64,000 bases of DNA from Ignavibacteriota bacterium (GCA_963801355.1 CAWDEM010000008.1:2400001-2464000), one strand, 5' to 3'; positions 51,597-61,547 are shown, counted from the stretch's first letter. A program made the numbers and translations. Notes: generated by a model not told the origin, from the sequence alone.

Positions 51597-51612
51597 TGCA
51601 ACAGCCGTGCCA
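51597..51612 (-). promoter_or_regulatory. Sigma54 (-24/-12) promoter of dnaK
   Basis: Minus strand TGGCAC-GGCTG-TTGCA matches the RpoN consensus exactly, 50 nt upstream of the ATG. Confidence 0.8.
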
Positions 51613-51700
51613 CCTCTTCCGATGATGTTCGCTGCCCGTAACCAGTCATTTTAAAAAGAGTTATACGTAAACAACAAATTCCGACGACCGATGAGACATA

Positions 51701-51762
51701 TGACAAAAAGGCACAAGAAGCCAAATATACGCCAATATGACCGATTCGCTGCCAATTTGGCC
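51701..51762. promoter_or_regulatory. Repeated 13-bp palindromic boxes, candidate enhancer sites
   Basis: TGACA-AAA-AGGCA (51701), CGCCA-ATA-TGACC (51730), TGCCA-ATT-TGGCC (51750). Confidence 0.45.
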
Positions 51763-51810
51763 TGAGTCTACTGCCTTGATTCTCATGCTTATGTTATTTA
51801 TATAGGATCC

Positions 51811-52611
51811 ATGATCAGTGCCGCAGATCTCAAGCAGGGCCTGAAATGCGGGCGATTTGGCGAAAGAATCCACGCTTTCGAAGTGATTGACTCGACCAAC
51901 ACGTTCGCCCGCTCGCTCGCGGCCGGTGGCGCATCCGAAGGGACGCTGGTTGTGGCAGAGGAACAAACTGCCGGCAAAGGGAGATTGGGCCGCAGGTGGT
52001 TGGCCCAGCCCGGGGAGAATCTGACATTCTCGCTGATCCTCCGCCCCTCTATCGCCCCCTCCTGCATCAATCTCCTTCCCCTGGGCGTCGCCGTTGCTGT
52101 CGCTCATGGAGTCCAACGTGCCACCGAGCTCAAGGTATACTGCAAGTGGCCCAACGACCTGCTTCTCCGTGGAAAGAAGGTCGCGGGAATACTGATGGAG
52201 AGTGTCTACGGAAAGCGTGGACTCGACTTCGTCGTGGTGGGCATCGGCATCAATGTGAATCAGCGTACCTTCCCGGTCGAGGTAGGCCCGCGGGCGACTT
52301 CACTGGCGCTGCACCTGCACGCGCCCGTCGATCGGATCGCGCTCTTCAGGTCGGTGCTCGAATCCCTTGAAGAAGAGTACGACGCAATGACTTCCGCGGG
52401 TTTTCAGAACATCCTGCCCGCCTGGCTGGAACTTGCCCCCATGATCGGCACACGGATCTCCGCCGACATGCAGGGAACAACCGTGACCGGAATCGTTCGC
52501 GGCGTTACGCCCGAGGGGGCACTTCTTCTGCACACGGAGGCCGGCGACCATACGCTCTTCGCCGGCGATGTCACAATTCTCGAAATGGAATCCTATGCTC
52601 CTCGCAATTGA
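51811..52611 (+). CDS. birA: Biotin-[acetyl-CoA-carboxylase] ligase without HTH
   Basis: DSTN, QTAGKGRLGRRW, KWPND, KVAGIL, GIGINV. Confidence 0.94.
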   Translation: MISAADLKQGLKCGRFGERIHAFEVIDSTNTFARSLAAGGASEGTLVVAEEQTAGKGRLGRRWLAQPGENLTFSLILRPSIAPSCINLLPLGVAVAVAHGVQRATELKVYCKWPNDLLLRGKKVAGILMESVYGKRGLDFVVVGIGINVNQRTFPVEVGPRATSLALHLHAPVDRIALFRSVLESLEEEYDAMTSAGFQNILPAWLELAPMIGTRISADMQGTTVTGIVRGVTPEGALLLHTEAGDHTLFAGDVTILEMESYAPRN

Positions 52612-53371
52612 CATCGGCAACACCCACACGGTCATCGGGGTCTACCGCCACACAACGCTCGTTGCCGACTGGCGCCTGGCAAGCCTGACCCACCGAACAG
52701 CAGACGAGAACTGGTTGACGCTCAAGAGTTTCTGTGCCGATGCCGGTATTGATCCGGCGGCCGTCACCGCCGTGGGCATTTCTTCCGTCGTCCCCGATCT
52801 CACGTTCGTGTTTGAACATCTCGCGCGCAAGCATTTCGCCGTCGAGCCGGTCACGATTTCAGGAGCTCTCGATTTTGGCATTCGCATCCTGTACAAGGAT
52901 CCTTCGGCGGTGGGTGCCGATCGCCTGTGTAACGCCGTCGCCGGCTTTGAAAGATACGGCGGCCCGCTGATCATCATCGACTTCGGTACCGCAACGACCT
53001 ATGATGTTGTTTCCGGCGAGGGTGACTATCTTGGCGGCGTCATCACGCTGGGGCTCGAGTCCACGGCACAGGAACTCCACCGCCGCGCCGCCAAGCTGCC
53101 CCGCATTGAGCTGCGGTTTCCCCCCTCGGCCATCGGAGATGATACTGCATCCAGTATGCAGTCAGGCGTGCTCTTCGGCGCAGTCGATGCAACGGAAGGC
53201 ATTGTGAAGCGGATCCGGGCCGAACTGGGTGGAACGGCACGGGTGATCGCCACCGGAGGGCTGGCCAGGATCATAGCAGCACACACCGCCGTCATCGAGG
53301 CGGTGGAGCCGTCTCTGGTACTGGATGGGATTCGGTTGATTCTGGAGAGGTTGGAGAGGAAGAGGCAATAG
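52595..53371 (+). CDS. coaX: Type III pantothenate kinase
   Basis: LAIDIGNT, VGADR, IDFGTATT, GG.I..G, ATGG. Confidence 0.95.
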   Translation: MLLAIDIGNTHTVIGVYRHTTLVADWRLASLTHRTADENWLTLKSFCADAGIDPAAVTAVGISSVVPDLTFVFEHLARKHFAVEPVTISGALDFGIRILYKDPSAVGADRLCNAVAGFERYGGPLIIIDFGTATTYDVVSGEGDYLGGVITLGLESTAQELHRRAAKLPRIELRFPPSAIGDDTASSMQSGVLFGAVDATEGIVKRIRAELGGTARVIATGGLARIIAAHTAVIEAVEPSLVLDGIRLILERLERKRQ

Positions 53372-53481
53372 GCACGAGGCAATTGGCAATGGGCGAGAGA
53401 CGTTAGAGGCGGGCATGAGGCAATAGGCGTTGGGCGACAGGGGTGCCCCCCCTAATGCCTCGTGCCTAACGTCTCGTGCCT
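53363..53481. repeat. Heptamer (AGGCAAT/AGGCACG) tandem-inverted repeat element
   Basis: Same unit family as 36585-36702; lies between convergent coaX and nuoN and supplies the coaX stop codon. Confidence 0.8.
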
Positions 53482-53488
53482 TCCTTAC

Positions 53489-54997
53489 TTACGGCGTTCC
53501 GAAAATCTTCACCGATGCCTGCGCGAGATCCACTAGTGGCGTGAAATACAAACCGAGCAGGATCGTCGGCACAAGCAGGAGCACCACCAACACCCCTTCG
53601 AGCCGTGTCGTTGAAAGGGCCGGACCCGGTCGATCACCCGCACGCAGGAACGTATTCCGCAATACCCGCATGTAATAGTACAACGCCACGACGCTGTTCA
53701 GGGCACCGACGATTGCAAGCCAGACCCACTCATGATGTATCAGCGCCGCAAACAGATACAGCTTCCCGATGAAACCGGCCGTGGGGGGAAGACCGGTGAG
53801 TGAGATCAGGAAGATTGCCAGCGCCACAGTGAGAAATGGCGAGCGTGAGCCCAACCCCTTGTAGTCCTCGATATCCTCACTTCCCAGCTTGTTCGCAATC
53901 AACATCACGACGTAGAAGGCGCCGAGGTTCATGAAGAGGTAGATGACGAAATACAGCATCACCGCGGAGATACCGTCGGTGCTCAAGACCACCAGACCCA
54001 TGAGCATATAGCCTGCATGGGCGATGCTGGAATACGCCAGCAACCGCTTCAGGTTGTTTTGCCAGATGGCAATCAGGTTGCCGACCGTCATAGTCAGCAC
54101 GGAAAGCAGGACCACGATCTGCCGCCAGTCGAACCCGGGCAGGATGGCCCAGGCCCCAACGGGCAATGCCACGGCGGCGGTATCAACGAAGGTCACCTTG
54201 AAGAACCGGATCAGCAGGGCAAACCCGCCGGCTTTCGACGCCACGGACAGGAATGCTGTGATGGTGATCGGTGCGCCCTCGTACACGTCGGGCGCCCAGA
54301 AGTGGAACGGGACGGCCGAGATCTTGTACCCGAGTCCGGCGATAATCAGCATTCCTGCCATTGCCAGGACGAGGATGGGAGACCCTCCGCTCGCAATGAC
54401 CGCCGGGAGTGCATGGTTGATCTCCGCGAATCCCAGGAATCCCGTGAGACCATAGACCAGGGAGATGCCGTAGACCATCAGGCCTGACGAGACGGCGCCG
54501 TAAATCACGTACTTGAGTGCAGCCTCGCTCGAATCCGGCGCCTCGCGCGTATATCCCGAAAGGAGATACGAGCTGATAGACGACAGCTCGATCGTCAGAT
54601 ACATCATCAACAAGTTGCTGGCACCTACCATCAGCATGATGCCGAGTGTCAGGGCAACCAGCAGCACATAATACTCACCCATCTTGCGGCCCGGGATATT
54701 CAACTCTGCGGAGCCGAGAGAAAACACCGTTACCAGCAGGGCGGCCAGCAGCACCAGGAGTTTGAAGAACCAGGCGAAGGGATCCACCGACAGCATGCCG
54801 CTGAAGACGGCAGCATGTGCACCCGTTTGCCCGAGGACGAAACCGCCGGTGACGATCAGCCCCACCACCGCAAGCCCGGCCACCATTACGGCATTGCGCC
54901 GGAAGATGAGATCGGCGATCAGCGTCACGAGCAGCGTGACGGTCAGCGCCACCTCAGGAGTTATCAGCGCGAGATCTTGGAGAAGTCGAGCGGCCAT
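53489..54997 (-). CDS. nuoN: NADH-quinone oxidoreductase subunit N
   Basis: EAALKY, YKISAVPFHFWAPDVYEG, KRLLAYSSI, SLTGLPP. Confidence 0.95.
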   Translation of the reverse strand: MAARLLQDLALITPEVALTVTLLVTLIADLIFRRNAVMVAGLAVVGLIVTGGFVLGQTGAHAAVFSGMLSVDPFAWFFKLLVLLAALLVTVFSLGSAELNIPGRKMGEYYVLLVALTLGIMLMVGASNLLMMYLTIELSSISSYLLSGYTREAPDSSEAALKYVIYGAVSSGLMVYGISLVYGLTGFLGFAEINHALPAVIASGGSPILVLAMAGMLIIAGLGYKISAVPFHFWAPDVYEGAPITITAFLSVASKAGGFALLIRFFKVTFVDTAAVALPVGAWAILPGFDWRQIVVLLSVLTMTVGNLIAIWQNNLKRLLAYSSIAHAGYMLMGLVVLSTDGISAVMLYFVIYLFMNLGAFYVVMLIANKLGSEDIEDYKGLGSRSPFLTVALAIFLISLTGLPPTAGFIGKLYLFAALIHHEWVWLAIVGALNSVVALYYYMRVLRNTFLRAGDRPGPALSTTRLEGVLVVLLLVPTILLGLYFTPLVDLAQASVKIFGTP

Positions 54998-55000
54998 GGA

Positions 55001-56638
55001 TTAGTGTACTCCCATCATGCCCTGTGCGCCGGCACTCTGGAGAATACCGGCCAGAGAATTCAACGAGGTACTCATCAGGTCCAGCACCGGAGACGGATAG
55101 ATGCCGAGGAAAATGACGATGACGGCAAGTGTCGCGAGCATAAGGGTCTCGCGCCCGTTCATATCCGTCAGACCCTGCCATTTCTCGGGCAGCGTCCCCA
55201 GGAACACCCGTTGCAACACCCAGAGCATGTAGCCCGCGGTCAGGACGATGGTGACGGCACCGATAATCGTCAGGGTCGGGAATGTCCGGAAGGCGCCCAG
55301 CAGGGAAAAGACCTCGCTGATAAAACCGCTGAGGCCCGGCAGACCGAGTGCCGCAAAGAAGGCAATGGTCATCACGGCAGCGTACCGGGGCATTTTGTTC
55401 ATAAGCCCGCCGAACTCGTTCAGCCCGCGCGTGTGGGCACGATCATAGATCACGCCCACGATGAGAAAGAGCATCGCGGTAATGGTCCCGTGATTGAACA
55501 TCTGGAACACCGCACCCGTCATCCCCTGGGTGTTCATCGAGGCCAGGCCGAGCGTGACAATGCCCATGTGACTGACGCTCGAATAGGCAATGAGCTTCTT
55601 GAAATCCGTCTGTGCCATCGCCACCAGGGCACCATAGATCATGCTGATCACCCCCAGCAATGCAAGCTCCCACGAGAAGTAGCGCATCGCATCAGGGAAG
55701 ATCGGAAAACTGACTCTCAGCAAGCCATAGGCGCCCATTTTCAGAAGAACGCCCGCCAGGATGACGCTGATCGCCGTCGGTGCCTCCACATGGGCGTCCG
55801 GAAGCCAGGTGTGGAAAGGGAACGCGGGAATTTTGATGGCGAATCCGATGAACAGCGCAACGTACGCGATATAGCGCCAGGTCGTCCCCCATCCGCCGAG
55901 CAGCGACCCCGGTATGAAGTTCTGCTGATCGGTCATCGCCAGCAGATTGAATGTATGGATCCTCTCCAGGCCCTGGGCACCGTTCTTCATGGCGTCAGCT
56001 GTGGAGATGATGGTACCGGCCGGGTCAATGAACACATTCGTGCTGAAATAGAGTGCCAGCATGGCCAGCAGCATCAGCACGCTCCCGAGCAACGTATACA
56101 GAAAGAACTTGATCGCGGCATACTCGCGTCGCGGGCCGCCCCACACACCGATCAGGAAATACATCGGCAGGAGCATGAGTTCCCAGAACACGTAGAAGAG
56201 GAAGAAGTCGAGGGCGACGAACACACCCATCATGCCGGTATCCAGGAGCAGGAACAGGGCGAAGTATCCTTTGACCGATTTTTCGATCGTCCACGACGAA
56301 ATGGTCGCGATCCACGACACGAGCGCGGTCAGCAGCACCATCACCACACTGATCCCGTCAATCCCCAGGAAGTATTCGATGTGCACCCGCCCGAACCAGG
56401 CAACGCTCTTGACGTCGATCCAGCTGCCCTGCTGGACGAACTGCATGCCGGCGAAGCTGCGGTCGAAACGTGCGAAGATGATGACCGCCAGCACCACCTG
56501 CAGCGTTGTGAAGCCCAGCGAGGTCCAGCGGATAGCGCCGTTGTTCCCCTTGGGCAGCAACAACACGGTCACCATACCCACGATGGGCAGGAATGTGATC
56601 CAGGTCAGGATTCCGATACCGAGAATAGTGAATTCCAT
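55001..56638 (-). CDS. nuoM: NADH-quinone oxidoreductase subunit M
   Basis: FWELML, HTWLPDAHVEAPT, KKLIAYSSVSH, GLPGLSGFISE. Confidence 0.95.
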   Translation of the reverse strand: MEFTILGIGILTWITFLPIVGMVTVLLLPKGNNGAIRWTSLGFTTLQVVLAVIIFARFDRSFAGMQFVQQGSWIDVKSVAWFGRVHIEYFLGIDGISVVMVLLTALVSWIATISSWTIEKSVKGYFALFLLLDTGMMGVFVALDFFLFYVFWELMLLPMYFLIGVWGGPRREYAAIKFFLYTLLGSVLMLLAMLALYFSTNVFIDPAGTIISTADAMKNGAQGLERIHTFNLLAMTDQQNFIPGSLLGGWGTTWRYIAYVALFIGFAIKIPAFPFHTWLPDAHVEAPTAISVILAGVLLKMGAYGLLRVSFPIFPDAMRYFSWELALLGVISMIYGALVAMAQTDFKKLIAYSSVSHMGIVTLGLASMNTQGMTGAVFQMFNHGTITAMLFLIVGVIYDRAHTRGLNEFGGLMNKMPRYAAVMTIAFFAALGLPGLSGFISEVFSLLGAFRTFPTLTIIGAVTIVLTAGYMLWVLQRVFLGTLPEKWQGLTDMNGRETLMLATLAVIVIFLGIYPSPVLDLMSTSLNSLAGILQSAGAQGMMGVH

Positions 56639-56678
56639 GAACGAAGTATCCTCCAGGAGTTACGCGTGCATATCGGTG

Positions 56679-58751
56679 TCAAACAACACGAAATACGAAA
56701 TAGAGAATGAGCACACTGAGGACAGCGTACATCACATAGGTCTGCACCTTGCCGGTCTGCACCTTGCGGAACACGAGGCCGATGAAGCCGGAGAGGTACG
56801 CCAGGAGATTGACAAAGCCGTCGATCACGATTGAGTCAAACTTGCCGCTGACGAAGGAGGTCAGCGTGGTCAGCCAGCCGGCGCCGTTCACCGTGCCGTC
56901 AATGATCGTATCGTCCACCCACCGTAACCCGCGTGTCAGGGCGTGTGTCCCGCCCACAACAACGGTATTATACAGGTCGTCGAAACCCCACTTGTTCATC
57001 AGGAACGCATGCACGGGTGCCATGCGCGATGCGACTGCGTCGGGGCTGATCTTCTTCCAGTAGTATGTCGCGAACGCCACGAGAATTCCCGCACCCGCAA
57101 CGAGCAATGACAGTGCCATGGCCGTTCCGTGCGCGTGATGCAGTGCCTCCGCAAACACTTCCCTTCCCGGTGCGGCGAGCGCTCCCGGGACCACGGAGAG
57201 GGGCCGTTCAATGGCCTTCGCGATCCAGCCGCCGGAAGCATTCAGCGGATTCAGACTGAACACCGCGAATGTCGAGAGAACGGCGAGTATGATCAGCGGG
57301 ACCGTCATCACCCCGGGCGATTCGTGCAGATGGGCACGACGTTGCACATCCGTGTGCTCACCGAGAAATGTCAGGATGACGACACGGAACATGTAAAACG
57401 CGGTCAGTCCGGCCACCAGAAAACCGACAATCGGAATGAGGACATGACCGGTGAGGCTGCCGTAGGCCAGGGTACCCGCCAGAATCTCATCTTTGCTGAG
57501 GAATCCGGAGGTCAGGGGAACACCGGAAATCGACAGAGTGTACACGACAAACGTCCAGAATGTCACCGGCAGGTAGTCCCGCAGACCGCCCATATTCCGG
57601 ATATCCTGGGCGTCGGTGAGATGATCCTTCTGGTGATGGAGCGCTGCATGCATCGCGTGAATCACCGACCCAGCTGCCAGAAAGAGACCCGCTTTGAACA
57701 TCGCATGCGTGACCAGGTGGAAGAACCCCGCCGTATATGCGCCCACACCGAGACCCATCACCATGTAGCCGAGCTGGCTGATGGTGGAATAGGCCAGCAC
57801 TTTCTTGATGTCATTCTGGACGATGGCGATGGTCGCCGCAATGAACGCGGTCGTTGCACCGATGTAAGCGATCACCATCAGGGCATCCGCGGTCATCAGC
57901 GGGAATGTCCGCGCGATAAGATAGACCCCCGCGGCAACCATCGTCGCAGCATGAATCAACGCGCTCACCGGCGTGGGACCTTCCATCGCATCCGGGAGCC
58001 ACACGTGCAACGGAAACTGGGCGGACTTGCCGACGGCGCCGCAGAAGAGGAGGATCCCCGCGGCGGTCAGCCAGTTCTGGCTTCCGTACGGGAGCGTGCC
58101 CGCACCAATACCGGAGAACATCTGCTGCAAATTGAAGGTGCCGAACGTGGTGAACAGAATTGCCATCCCGATAAAGAACCCGACGTCGCCGATGCGATTC
58201 GTGATGAACGCTTTGATCCCCGCATCCGACGCGCTCTTCTTCTCATACCAGTGACCGATCAGCAGATACGAACTGATGCCCACCAGCTCCCATCCGACAT
58301 ACAGCAGGAACAGGTTATTGGCGAGGACGATCATCAACATGGAGAAGGAGAAGAGGCCCAGGTAGCCGAAGTACCGCGAGTAGCGTACGTCATCGTGCAT
58401 ATACCCGATGGAAAAGAAGTGCACCAGGGTGCTGATGAGGGCAACCACGGTCATCGTGATCGCGGCCAGGTTGTCGACGGAGAAGCCGAGAACGATCTTC
58501 AGCGGTCCGATGCCCGGCGCTTCGTGAAGGTCCACCCACGTGAAGTTGAAGTCCAGGGTCTCGGTGGGAAACGCCGTGAGCTTCTGCACCAGCACGGTAA
58601 TTGAGGCCGCGAGCGCGGCGGTGATGACGGCGGTCTCAAACCAGTCTCCCTGCCGTGGAAGTCTCTTGCCGAAAAACATCATCAGCACAAACCCGGCAAG
58701 CGGGAGCACGAGAACAACGAGCGAAAGGGTGATCAGGGTGTCAGGCGACAT
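56679..58751 (-). CDS. nuoL: NADH-quinone oxidoreductase subunit L
   Basis: GWELVG, GKSAQFPLHVWLPDAMEGPTPVSALIHAATMV, KKVLAYSTISQLG. Confidence 0.96.
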   Translation of the reverse strand: MSPDTLITLSLVVLVLPLAGFVLMMFFGKRLPRQGDWFETAVITAALAASITVLVQKLTAFPTETLDFNFTWVDLHEAPGIGPLKIVLGFSVDNLAAITMTVVALISTLVHFFSIGYMHDDVRYSRYFGYLGLFSFSMLMIVLANNLFLLYVGWELVGISSYLLIGHWYEKKSASDAGIKAFITNRIGDVGFFIGMAILFTTFGTFNLQQMFSGIGAGTLPYGSQNWLTAAGILLFCGAVGKSAQFPLHVWLPDAMEGPTPVSALIHAATMVAAGVYLIARTFPLMTADALMVIAYIGATTAFIAATIAIVQNDIKKVLAYSTISQLGYMVMGLGVGAYTAGFFHLVTHAMFKAGLFLAAGSVIHAMHAALHHQKDHLTDAQDIRNMGGLRDYLPVTFWTFVVYTLSISGVPLTSGFLSKDEILAGTLAYGSLTGHVLIPIVGFLVAGLTAFYMFRVVILTFLGEHTDVQRRAHLHESPGVMTVPLIILAVLSTFAVFSLNPLNASGGWIAKAIERPLSVVPGALAAPGREVFAEALHHAHGTAMALSLLVAGAGILVAFATYYWKKISPDAVASRMAPVHAFLMNKWGFDDLYNTVVVGGTHALTRGLRWVDDTIIDGTVNGAGWLTTLTSFVSGKFDSIVIDGFVNLLAYLSGFIGLVFRKVQTGKVQTYVMYAVLSVLILYFVFRVV

Positions 58752-58802
58752 AACAATCGGCAGTCAGTGGTCAGTACTCAGTGGCCGGATCTTCGGGAGC
58801 CG

Positions 58803-59150
58803 TTATTCCTTCAACGAACTGATTTCATCCACGTTAACGGTCTGGAACCGGTGATAGATGTTCAGCACAATAGCCAGGGCCACCGCAGCTTCTGCAGCGG
58901 CGAGGATGATGACGAAAATGGCGGCAACCTGCCCGTCCAGATTCACGCCGCCGTAACGGGCAAAAGCGATGAGATTGAGATTCGCCGCATTCAGCACGAG
59001 TTCGAGCCCCATGAGCACGAGAATGGCATTCCGGCGCGTTACCATAGCCAGGAGCCCCAGGGTGAAGAGCACGGCGCTGACCATGAGAAAATGGGCAAGC
59101 TGGACGTGCGGCAGCCAATCAAGGAAATTCGACAATACCGAAGAGTTCAT
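58803..59150 (-). CDS. nuoK: NADH-quinone oxidoreductase subunit K
   Basis: RRNAI..LMGLELVLN, AAAEAAVALAI. Confidence 0.95.
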   Translation of the reverse strand: MNSSVLSNFLDWLPHVQLAHFLMVSAVLFTLGLLAMVTRRNAILVLMGLELVLNAANLNLIAFARYGGVNLDGQVAAIFVIILAAAEAAVALAIVLNIYHRFQTVNVDEISSLKE

Positions 59151-59161
59151 GAAGGCAACCC

Positions 59162-59668
59162 TTATGACAGTTTCTTTGTCCGGCGTGCAATGAACGCAGC
59201 ACCGACCATGGCAACAAGCAGCACCACAGAAGCCACTTCAAATGGCAGGGCGTACGAGGTCATCAGCATTTCGCCGATGCGTCCGGCGGTCGACGTCAGT
59301 GTGGCGGGAGGAGCCGTGACGGTGCTCCACGTCGCATAGAACACACCTGCGAGAGACCCGAACACGATTGCGGCAAGTATCACCGCCGGAATCATGTGGA
59401 TGGTCCCCGTTTTCATATCCACGCTGATCACCTTGTTCGTCAGCATCACACCAAAGAGCAGCAATGTGAGAATGCCTCCGACATACACGAGGATCTGTGC
59501 GACCGCGACAAAATCCGCCGCCAGGAGTACATAGAATCCCGCCACACCGAAAAACGTGAAGAGAAGAGAGAAGGCGGCATACACAATGTTCTTCGAAAAT
59601 ACCACGATGGCGGCGGATCCGATCGTGATAATAGCGAAGAGATAGAAGATCAGGTCGAATGTTTCCAT
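59162..59668 (-). CDS. nuoJ: NADH-quinone oxidoreductase subunit J
   Basis: QILVYVGGI, PFEVASVVLLVAMVGA. Confidence 0.94.
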   Translation of the reverse strand: METFDLIFYLFAIITIGSAAIVVFSKNIVYAAFSLLFTFFGVAGFYVLLAADFVAVAQILVYVGGILTLLLFGVMLTNKVISVDMKTGTIHMIPAVILAAIVFGSLAGVFYATWSTVTAPPATLTSTAGRIGEMLMTSYALPFEVASVVLLVAMVGAAFIARRTKKLS

Positions 59669-59671
59669 AAC

Positions 59672-60427
59672 CTACTCTTTCTTCGGTGGCGGCTGGGGAG
59701 GAACAGCCTTCGGTGCAGGTGCCGGAGCAGGCACAGGCGCAGCTACGGGTGCAGGCGCCGAAGCAGGCACAGGCGCAGCTGCGGGTGCCGGTGCAGGCGC
59801 AGCCACAGGTGCCGGTGCAGCTACAGGCGCAGGTGCAGCTACGTTCGCAGATGCAGGCGCAGGTGCCGGTGAAGGCATGGGGACAGGTGCAGCGGCGGCC
59901 TTTGCAGCGGCCGCTGCCGCTTTCTTGGCCGCTTGCTCCTTATCGTAGGCCACAAGCTTGATCTTGGCCTGGTCGGCCTCGGTCGGTGTCATGACTGCAA
60001 ACGAGTAGATCAGTCTCTCCCGGTCAAACTCGGAGAACTCGTACACATCAGTCATCTTAATGCATTCCGTCGGACAGGGAGGCACGCACAGGCCGCAATA
60101 GCAGCACTTGGCGATATCGATATCGAATCGTGGAACGTACAGTCGCTTCTTTGTTCCTACCGACGTCAGGCCGAGATCGACATCGGGCGTCGACTTGATG
60201 GTCTCAATGGTGATGCAGTCCACTGGACATGCCATCGCGCATTGATCGCAACCGATGCAGTCGTCGATGTTGACATACAGCCGGTTGCGGGCACGTTCCG
60301 GCAGCTTGAGTTTGACGTCGGGATATTGGATGGTGACGGCGGGCGTGAACAGATGCTTCCACGTCACCTTCATCCCGATCAGCGCGGTCACCAGACCGTC
60401 ATAGACATTGCGAAAATAGCTGCTCAT
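59672..60427 (-). CDS. nuoI: NADH-quinone oxidoreductase subunit I with Pro/Ala-rich tail
   Basis: Two 4Fe-4S motifs, CIGCDQCAMACP and CCYCGLCVPPCP; ~70-aa Pro/Ala tail. Confidence 0.93.
   Translation of the reverse strand: MSSYFRNVYDGLVTALIGMKVTWKHLFTPAVTIQYPDVKLKLPERARNRLYVNIDDCIGCDQCAMACPVDCITIETIKSTPDVDLGLTSVGTKKRLYVPRFDIDIAKCCYCGLCVPPCPTECIKMTDVYEFSEFDRERLIYSFAVMTPTEADQAKIKLVAYDKEQAAKKAAAAAAKAAAAPVPMPSPAPAPASANVAAPAPVAAPAPVAAPAPAPAAAPVPASAPAPVAAPVPAPAPAPKAVPPQPPPKKE
59696..59920. repeat. Imperfect 18/36-bp coding repeats (APAPVA) in the nuoI tail
   Basis: Recurrent gcaggcacaggcgcagct and ggtgcaggcgca units. Confidence 0.75.
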
Positions 60428-60479
60428 TCCTCAGAGTCCGTTTGATGCGATACAATCGTACGCCGGCCCCGGCACCGCC

Positions 60480-61502
60480 TTACTGCAAGGCGAGCATCCA
60501 GACGCCAACGCCCAGGATAAGCACAAAGGAAAACGGTATCAGGACCTTCCATCCTACGTACATCAACTGGTCGACGCGCACGCGCGGCAGCGTCCACCGC
60601 AACCACATCTGCACAAAGACGAACGTCATGCCTTTCAACAAAAACCAGAATGCACCCCACCAGGGCCCCGACATGAAGTCCCCGAACGGACTATTCCACC
60701 CGCCCAGGAACAACGTCGTAGCGATGGCACTCACGGCGAACATGTTGGCATATTCGGAAAGAAACAGCAGTGCGAACCGCATACCGGCATATTCTGTATG
60801 ATACCCGCCCACAAGTTCCGACTCCGCTTCCGGGATGTCAAACGGCGTGCGGTTCACTTCTGCCAGAGACGCAGTGAAATAGATGATGAGGGCGCAGAAC
60901 AGAAAAGGAAATTTCTGGAACATGAACCAGTTCCAGAACATGCCGCTTTGCGCGGTATTGATCTCCTGCAGGTTTAGTGTGCCCGCGACCATCACCACCG
61001 TCAGGATCGCCAGCGCCACGGGAATCTCGTAACTCACAATCTGTGCAGCAGAACGCAATGCGCCGTAGAGGGACCATTTGTTGTTCGAAGCCCAACCTGC
61101 CATCAGCAAACCCACGACGGCAATCGAGGAAATCGAAATGAAATAGAACAGGCCGACATTGATGTCGCTTCCCGCGTAGGCCGCACTGAACGGCACAACC
61201 GCATACGCCGCATAGGCCCCGCCAAAAACAATGTAGGGTGCAAGTTTGAACAGTCTACTGTCCGCCGCGGTCGGGATAATATCCTCTTTCATGATGAGTT
61301 TGAGGATGTCGGCAATTGTCTGTATCGAACCGTGCCACCCCGCCTTCATCGGACCCAGACGGTCCTGCATGTGAGCGGAGATTTTCCGCTCCCACCATAC
61401 GGCAAAGAGGGCGAACGGGATTACCCAGACGAGCGGAACAAGTGCCATCAGGGTATACACGAGGATCTCGTTCTGCAGAACGCCAACAAGGAAGTCTTTC
61501 AT
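60480..61502 (-). CDS. nuoH: NADH-quinone oxidoreductase subunit H
   Basis: [46 protein letters not shown]. Confidence 0.96.
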   Translation of the reverse strand: MKDFLVGVLQNEILVYTLMALVPLVWVIPFALFAVWWERKISAHMQDRLGPMKAGWHGSIQTIADILKLIMKEDIIPTAADSRLFKLAPYIVFGGAYAAYAVVPFSAAYAGSDINVGLFYFISISSIAVVGLLMAGWASNNKWSLYGALRSAAQIVSYEIPVALAILTVVMVAGTLNLQEINTAQSGMFWNWFMFQKFPFLFCALIIYFTASLAEVNRTPFDIPEAESELVGGYHTEYAGMRFALLFLSEYANMFAVSAIATTLFLGGWNSPFGDFMSGPWWGAFWFLLKGMTFVFVQMWLRWTLPRVRVDQLMYVGWKVLIPFSFVLILGVGVWMLALQ

Positions 61503-61547
61503 GAGGATCCGGGGTCTAGGGTCTGGTATTTCGGGCCTGCTGCGCCG

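Noticed and set aside
41260-58604. Long antisense ORFs (41260..42855, 46180..48144, 50000..50908, 54815..56710, 57129..58604)
   Set aside because: Shadow frames opposite uvrA, clpB, dnaK and nuoM/L; expected from high-GC codon bias and without recognisable domains.
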